Origin: Auanema rhodensis
Lineage: Eukaryota; Animalia; Nematoda
Assembly (NCBI GenBank): GCA_964057225.1
Contig: OZ059898.1
Coordinates: 3,906,001-3,970,000 of the forward strand
Direction of reading: 5' to 3'
Length of the DNA: 64,000 bases
Shown: piece after piece, positions 52,718 to 64,000 of the stretch
Position numbering within the stretch: position 1 is the first letter of the stretch
Layout: each line of letters opens with the position of its first letter
The notes under the pieces: model-generated
What the model was told of the DNA's origin: nothing
Seen by the model: only the letters and a program-made list of their open reading frames with translations
Databases searched by the model: none
Position numbers and translations under genes: made by a program

Positions 52718-55700
52718 ATGTTACTCTTCAATTTACTCATACTTCTATTGTTTTATTGGAGAGGTTTGCATAACAACTTTTTAAACAAAATAAAGCCTTT
52801 ATCAAAGATGTATGTGCCGCTCCCGTAGACTGCAAAAATGGTGGGCAGAACGATCTAAAAAATGAAACAATATGCAATTGCCCTGACTATTGGAAAGGTT
52901 TCCACTTCTGAATATTTGTTTTTAATTTATCAAAAATTAAAGGAAACGATTGTAGTGAAATTATTTGTTTAAATGGAGGATATCTCCAAGAAAACGTTTG
53001 CGTATGTCCTACTGGATATCTAGGTGTTCATTGTGATGCAAGTAACAATATTCTGTTTATAATTTTAAATCATATCTTTACTTAAGCTACTCAAATCAGA
53101 CCACCTATCAGCACTTTTGCTCCATCTCAACAAAATATTAATATAATTGTATATAATTTATTTTCTGACTACTTTGGATTCTTGCATTATCAGTTATTCA
53201 GAGAAGTTTAAAATTGTATCAAATCATATATTATCATTTTGAGTTTATGATAGGCTCTTAAAAATCACATATCTGAGTATCCCGACTATTACAAAGATGG
53301 AAAACATAACATTTATACAAATGATAATGTAGCAAATTCAACCTTCCACTGTACCGACGAATCTTGTGGTAAATTGAATTACATTTTTTATTCCTATTGA
53401 TTCCTATAATCAGATATCACAATTGAGCCACATGATGATTTACCAGAAAAAGCTAACTATCCTCAGTTGTATTCGTGTTATTCTATTCCTATTTACAAAG
53501 ATATCATCAATATGATTACACTTTCTCAATTGAGAGAAACAAGTATTACTATACTAACTCAACATCCACCTACCAATTGTTCTGAAAACAGCGAACAATT
53601 GATCAATCTAGCGCTCGCATTTAGAATAAGGGTATGTTAGTTTCTTTTTATCAATCTTATATAGAATGAATCTAGATCAACATTTTATTCTCTGAAGATA
53701 AAACGTTTATTCGATGCTCAGAAGACCAGGTAAGCCTAAGCATCATCTTCCGTCCTTCTTACATTGAAAATTTCAGTATGAGCCTTTACGAAAACTTTCT
53801 CAATTAACAAATGGTATTTTCACACGAATCCCTGAAGATAAAGATAATCAAACTATATCTACTGTTGGTTTTTTTCTTTTTATAAATATTAAATACATAT
53901 ATCAATTTTAGCTCATGAATATGATTCTAAAGAGTAATGTTGCTTATGAACCAATAGATTTCATTACCAATCAGTCTTCCTTAAATTTCACTGCTGATCC
54001 TTTACTCAATACTTATTTTATCATAGTGAATAACAGTATGTTTTTTCTCTTTAAATGAATAATGACATTGAATTTTAGATGTGCGTGTTGAAAAGAGTCA
54101 GTGTCCTAATTACACTCATGTGGAAACTTTAGATTTTAATATATATAGCTTTTCCGCATTAATCATACGTTGTTATATGGAATTCACAAATTCAACAAAT
54201 ATTCAGGTTTAAATATTAAGGTTTATTTTTTTAATCTGTACAACCGTATTTTAAAGATTTACGCCGCTGGAAAAAAAAATTTCGCTCAGATATATTACTC
54301 ATTTGTTGAAGATCCAATAGTTGATACATCAAATGTGGTGTTAGTGAATGGTATACTATAATTACAATTTAAAATTATTCATACTTAATTTTTTAGGTGT
54401 GCAATATTATTTCGCAATGAGGGTGCAAAACTTAGCGAATGAAATAATTAAATATGAGGTGAATATGCTAGAACTATTATAGTGAAAAAGAAGTTATTTA
54501 GCTAAGCGAAACTCACTTTATAAACGGTGCACAAGAAACTCAAATCAATCGGAATAAGACAAGATCAGACTATGTATTGCCTCTTATTTCTGAGGTAATC
54601 AAGTTTTACTATAATCTAAATTTAATTAATTCTGAGAACTTTAAAGACCATATCATGTACTTCCAACAATGTGAACACTTGGGGTATCAGAGTAAGCTTT
54701 TCTCTTATTGCACATGTATTAAACGTTTACAGATTACCTTTAATGCAATTCAAGCAGATCAGTCTTCAACACCAATGCGGAGATATATTCCGTTGCAATG
54801 CCTATCTAGTAAGCTAGGAAAGGTGTAACATCAAAATAACATTATGTTTAGGTTCTATTAATTCCAAATTAATTGATTCAGAAAAAGCAGATTCGATTCT
54901 TGATAATGAATCACAACGAAATGTTATCTATACTCTTGATTCCTTCAACACTATTAAACAAGATCACATACTTCCTATTACTGCAACCCAAGAATCTCCA
55001 ATTGCTAACAACATGCGTTCTTTTATTCTGGGATACTCAAATACCATTTCTAATAAAATTTATTCTCAGTTCATAGTAACTTCAACTAATTGGAGTAATT
55101 GCGGAGCCTATTCTAACTTTGGAGAAATACTTTTCCAGACGACCGATAACTTAAATTATACTTTTCCAAATGATTATACGTAAAAAAAATTTATTTCTTA
55201 AAACTATTACATATTTGTTTAGAACGTTTACAAGTACAGTATATAACGAGTTTGGCCAAAATAAAGATAAGGAAAAAATTAAATCACAAATTTTGGACGC
55301 TGTCGAAGTAAATTAATGAATTATAGTAATATATTAATTATTTTTAGATAATTAAAAATTCAACTAAAATACCAGAACAGAACTCGTTAATAACATTTAT
55401 CACGGATGTTCTTCCCGAGTCATCAACAACAATAAACACAGAGGAATTCAAAACTTTTGTTAATAGAAATAATAAGGTTTAGTTTGAAATTTGAAAATTT
55501 TCTTACATGATATTATAGCTTCTCTTCTTATTTGATTCTAACTGGTTCAACAGGGAAGTAGAATATTTCCAACGCTCTACAGACATTCTAAACACCTTAG
55601 CTGCAATTACAAATGGTCATTTAATCATATCAGATCACTCTGATATTGAGAGTTTGAAAAAAGTAGTTTTATCTTTTCTATGCATATATCATTGTTTCAC

Positions 55701-58700
55701 TTAGACACTAGAAAATCTCTATCAAAAGGGACCAGGAAAGAATTTATTATTTTCAAAAAATTTCATTTCAAGTAGAGATTTTTATACAACATTAGGTAAC
55801 AAAGAGCGGCTCCATATAGAAACTCATAAAAAACCGTTTAGGACAGATTGATTTAAAAAATAAAATTAACTCCACATCCTTATTTCTAACATCTACAATA
55901 GCTGTGAAGAGTAGATACTATTTATTATTTTTAATGATCACAAATTTATTTTAAGATATTACTGGTTTAATTAAGTCAACTGTAAACGTAAAATTCATAG
56001 GGGAGAATAAGACTTACACTTCTGAACTGGAATATCTGGTACTATACTTAATGTATATAAACTGAAATTATTTTTCAGAATAATTCGAACTATTACTATT
56101 CATTACAAAACTTATTACCAGATATCTACACGATTCAAGTTTCTGTATTAACTAGAGGACAGCTCCCAGTTCACCTTCGGTTCTGGACTTCGTACTATAA
56201 ATTAATAATATAGCAACTTAATATTTCGTTTTTTAGGGAAACATCTGTTGAAATCCAAACACAATATGTTGATTATAGTGATGAAAAAACTGACCCTGAT
56301 AACTGTACATTGAAATTATGTACAAACTATATATTACATTTCATTTTTTAGTTCTTGGAGCTGCACTACGGGCTTCCTTACCTGGTGATAGTGATGATAG
56401 TCTTCATGTTACCTTCCAAGATTGTCGACCTAATACATTGCAAACATCATATTTCAATGCGAAACAGGTCCATTTTATTTCTATAGAGTTTCAAAAATAA
56501 ATAGGAACTCTTTAGGTTGTAAATAAAGTCGACGAGTTGTATAGGTTTGTCCCTTTATTCTGCCAGGAAAGAGCCTCCACGGAAGGTTGTGTGACAGGAA
56601 CGGAAAATATATACCACATGCAGGTACGCTTTATATAGAAATTATTACATTATTTATTTCTGTATGTTTTTTTATTTATTTATGTAATCTAGATCCATAC
56701 AAAAAGTGGCAATTTCCACGGGTCTAGATCTTTTTACTGTAGTAAAAGCAAAGAAGTTAAACAGTGTCAGTATGTTGACAACAATGGCAACTATTTCTGT
56801 AACCAACAACAATCTCCTTATTTACGGGGTTAGCATATATTTTTGTGTACTTTTATTTATTATTATCATAGGTCCTGGTGGAAAAGTTATTGATTGCATA
56901 AATAATGGAAATCTTGTGTACTCTATTAACCAAGACCCTAATTTAGCACCGTATAAATGTAATTGTACAACGGACGAGGGACTATCCTGTGAAAAATGTT
57001 GAGGATTTTATTTCTTATGATATATATATATTTTTTAGACAATATAGAAATTCAAAAATGCTGAATTATTGATGTGTATTTATGCCCTTACTTTCAGCAA
57101 CTTGCGAACTAAATGCTAATCAAGAACCTATTGATATGTACCCACGAACATATACGGTTGTTGCGGGAAGATTAGACAGTGTAATAATATTAATAATAAT
57201 CTCTAATTTCATATATTACATTCTTTCAGAGCCTACCAAACTTTATTAACGGTATTAAAACCTTAATAAAGTATGAAAATATAACTAATATATGGCAGTA
57301 TCAGTTTATATATTATTGCTCAAGTGACACATGTAAATTTGAAATGTTTCCATCATTATTAGTTTTTATTGAAATTTGTTTCAGATTTAATCATATATTT
57401 GGGTGGTGATAAAAAAAAATTTATTAATGCTCTAAGCCAAGACGCAACCAGTTACTGCGATGAAGGAGCAAACAATTTTAATTTAAACAACATCTATGCA
57501 GCTGGATTAAAAGCTTTAGGAAAGAAAAATCAAGGTGTATTTGTTTTCTACTATGAACCCTCATACATTTTACAAAACTTAATTGTTAACTTAACGGAAT
57601 TTTATCAAGTTGCTCAACAGTATAATCAAAAGGTGGGGAACAAAGTTGCACTTTAATTTAATATTATCATTGTAGCTCTTTATATATGGTGGGTCGGCCA
57701 GAACAAAAGGTGTGATAGATGACATTGGAAGTTCAATATTATCTGCCGCTATGTCAACTGGAGGCACAGTAATCGGAGAGACCAATGACAACGAGGTTGT
57801 ATAACTTTAAATCAATATTGAATTTGAACTTTTCATTTTTACAGTTCTTTACAAACCTGCTGTCAAACCCCACATCTCTAAATTACCATAAACAAGCTGA
57901 TATAAATAGTCCGTTAACACAAGTTTCTGTTTATGTTGAGGATAAGGCTTATCTTGTTATTGATAATACTGAAAACATCCCACTCGATAAACTTAACTGG
58001 ACATGTTCATCAGGCGCAACTTTGATATGTGAAATATCAGAGAAGACATATATCAATCTACCTACGAAAGCAATGTGGGCTTCTGTTTTCATTATAAACA
58101 CAAAAAGTTCATCTATCCCATATGCTGTTCTTCGAAATATGAAAGACTCTGATAGAAATGATGCGGTTTCCCTTGATGATAAAGGTAGCTGAACTATACT
58201 TTAAATGTTTTTTTTTTAAATATAATTTACAAACTTCTTTTGATAACGAATTACAGATTCTCGTACGATAATTGGACTCCAATTACCAGAAACATATAAA
58301 CTTATCGGAAACTCAGCTAACTACTCAAGAATTATCCAGCGAAGAAATTGTACGTTTAATTACATAACGTACCTGCCACTAAATCCATTAGCTTATGGCA
58401 CTAACATTATCGAGGTTCTAATTATAAATTAAATATGATACTAATCTTTTTACCTTAGATATCATTGAAAATTAATGACGGAGATATCGTCAATAAAGTA
58501 CTCCCAATAATCACTACAACTAAAATTCGTGAGAGAAAATTAATCTACAATATGTAAAACCGAATTGTTCAGATTGTCAAAATGGTGGAACTCCTTCTTT
58601 TAGTGGTGCTTGTGATTGTACAACAACTGAATACCCAAACCATTTTACAGGTACAATATAATGCTTTATGTTTGACTATTATATGTTACTTAGGTTTTGA

Positions 58701-58880
58701 CTGTAGTGAAGTGATTTGCGAGAAACCGTACAGTAAGAAGTCAACATGGGGCCAAGCATGCAACTGCGGGTCTACCGCCGGTGGCAGGTTCTGTTCACGT
58801 AAGATTGTCGTTAACAAAAAATGTTTGTACTTTTTTTTACAGCGAGCAAAATGGAATCTTTCTCTTACTACCAAGGTTAA
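52718..58880 (+). CDS. Secreted EGF / vWA-like / MD-domain glycoprotein, irg-7 (F40F4.6)-like family
   Basis: Signal peptide MLLFNLLILLLFYW; tandem short EGFs (DCKNGG..CNCPDYWKGNDCSEIICLNGG..CVCPTGYLGVHC); three vWA-like units ending LSQLTNG, LAAITNGH and AAMSTGG; C-terminal EGF pair; many NxS/T sites; TAA at 58878-58880. Confidence 0.8.
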
Positions 58881-59707
58881 TGTTCATTACTCATATATAT
58901 ACAAAATAATATTGAATAAATGATACTTATGTACGAAACGACTATAGAAATATATTAGTATACGACTTAGAACAAGCGCAAGTACAAATATAGAATTTTT
59001 TAATGACACATACTTTGTACATGCATATAAACTACAGATGAAGATAAACTAACTATTTTATAATATAAGAACAATGAACAGGGATTACTGCCAATTTCAA
59101 AAGTCCGCAACTATCTGATTTCATTGTTATGTTCTATTATAACACAACTAACTTTTGAAATGTTCATTTGATCTTGAGCTGAGTATATTTCTAGTCGGAG
59201 TTGAAGTGGGTTCCAGTTAACAAAACTGCTATGGATTTTAACTTCATGTTCTGTACACTGCACACCGGCTTTCAATCTGTACTATTTGCTCATTCTGTAT
59301 GCCTCTTTTGACACAGGGAGTCAAACATAAAGTTACAACAGCCTTTCATTTACATTTGAAACTGTGAGAAAAAGCTTTTTAACATTCAATTTTTCTATTT
59401 CTTACTTATGATTCAATAATCTGAAACATTTTCTATTTTTATTAGAATAAATCGATTTTAACTTTTATAAATCATATTATTCAGCTGTTTAAATAAGTAG
59501 CTCAGTGCTTTGATTTTTCCTACTTCAATATTACGACCAACAAAAATATATCGAATTTGTTCTCATATCAAGCCATCGGTACTTTTATCGCTCCAATTTT
59601 TTCGTTATTAAATTTCTCGTAACATTGCTGAATACTCTGAAAAATGTTTCATTTCATATATCCTCCTCGAACCGATTATATCATGCTTTTTTATATCTTT
59701 TCAGTTC

Positions 59708-60404
59708 ATGATCCGACAGTTGGTTTATATCACTGTCATTCTGTTACCTCTTTGCGCAGGTCAACTAGAAAACATTTTCGTAAGCTCTACAGCGAACTGT
59801 AGCATATTACCACATGAAGAATACAGCTGCGAAACATGTGTACGAAAAGGACATGTATACTTCCATTCAAACTATGAAATTTCTTTGAGTTTGATTACAG
59901 GAATGCTTTTGGTGCGGAGGAAAAATTAAACGATGTATGAATTATGAGTGGTACTTTCCAAATTGCCCATTAGACGACGTAAGGCATAAGAACTGCTGGG
60001 GTAAGTCGCACGCCAGATTAAAATAGATATCGGAAATTTCAGTCAATTTATCAGCAGTGGTTATTGTGGTATCCATTCTAGGAGGAATCGTTCTAGTAAT
60101 TTTGCTTGCTTGCCTTTGTTACTGTTGTTGTAGATGTAGACAGTATAGGCAGAAACAAGCTAGTAAAACGGAAGCGAAGCGGCAGAAAGTTAGTATCAAG
60201 GAGTCTGTCCACCCTAATATATGAATTAAGAAACATGACAAAACCATGACAGATCTCGAAGCCCGTCGAGCCGATAGAGCAGAAAAGAGAGACAAGGAAC
60301 TTGAAGCGTTCCGGTTAAAATACGGTGAAAATAAAGATAGATTTTTGTTAAATCTTTGATATTTAGGCATACATTCTGATACAACAACATCTGTTAAAAA
60401 ATAA
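59708..60404 (+). CDS. PTTG1IP: PTTG1-interacting-protein-like type I membrane protein (PSI domain)
   Basis: Signal peptide, SCETCV..ECFWC..C...NC...NCWVN, a TM helix ending CLCYCCCRC, and a basic coiled tail ending FRLKYG; 5 exons. Confidence 0.85.
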
Positions 60405-60564
60405 TATTTTAATGTCTTCCAAGTTTCCTTCCGGGTACTAAGATTGTCCATATTTGTAGAATAAATTTTTTTTACTGTGAATTACTTATTAAAAACAAGC
60501 ACATCAGCGTATTAAACATATTATTACAAGTGGTCCCTCATAATTAATGAAAATCCCTCTCAAG

Positions 60565-60785
60565 TCCCCAGAATCATAGCAACACCCGGGCACACCCGCC
60601 CTCCGATTTTTCGTCTGGCAGGCAGAGAGCGTTCTCTCGATTTACCGAGTGGCCCACATTGACACAGAGCCAACGTTTTAGGGGCAGCCTAGCAGTTTTA
60701 CACAGTACGAGAGTGAAGAGAGAGCAGACAATGCATCTTTGGCTAGATGCCAAAGATCGATAATGCTATTTTCTATAGCGCGCTG
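60565..60785 (+). promoter_or_regulatory. GC-rich promoter island upstream of set-16
   Basis: Sharp rise in GC, CCCGCCC box, and a TCTATAGCGCGC motif (similar to TCTATGGGGCGCGC upstream of pas-2 at ~39213). Confidence 0.45.
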
Positions 60786-61279
60786 TGTTTATTTTTTTAA
60801 ATCTATGAATTTCTTTTGAACATCCTTTTCTGAATTTCAGCTAGCTTTAGGTTCATTTTATAATGAAAATTAAATTGATCAAGTTAACTGATTTCAAATT
60901 ATATGAAAACAGTTTATTTATTTATGCTTATATGTATATGTTCATATTTTCTATTTTGCTAAAACTCTTTAAGTATGTTTCGATAAAGCTGTTATAGACT
61001 GGAAATTATTTTAGTACGTTATTTCCTTTCATTAATACATATTTACTGTTTAGCTATTATTATCCACTTTACATCTTGTTAAAATTTGTCCATTTAGTTC
61101 ATACACTATTAAAAATTGAAGAAACCAAGTTGGAACATTAGTTTTGTTTGTTTTATTTTAATCTTGTTCGAATGCTTAATGTACTTTTTATTGTATATCA
61201 TTCTTAATGTATTATTTTAGCTACTATATTGGAGACATTGGAATTAATTAAAATGATTTTTTAAATAATCTGATGTGTG

Positions 61280-64000
<2,721 letters not shown>

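Overview
AT-rich nematode genomic DNA: ~45-55 nt GT-AG introns, TTTCAG acceptors and a PAS-2 very close to C. elegans, so probably clade V (inference). Manual exon joining gives 12 protein-coding genes: an unidentified 5-exon ORF, doxa-1 (DUOX maturation factor), a TRMT9B-like methyltransferase, NAA25/cra-1, FAM172A/ARB2A, a Goliath-family TM-RING E3, SGT1 and pas-2 (likely operon), a ~75-exon secreted cbEGF-repeat protein head-to-head with an irg-7-like EGF/vWA-like protein, a PTTG1IP-like membrane protein, and the 5' part of set-16 (KMT2C/D). A ~13 kb non-coding block precedes doxa-1. The main unexplained signals are (1) a degenerate tRNA-Gly-like A/B-box leader fused to a box C/D RNA with U2-antisense sequence in an SGT1 intron, and (2) a near full-length miR-34-complementary site on a candidate PPxY micro-exon upstream of doxa-1. 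No database searches or folding programs were run; all reference sequences were recalled from memory.
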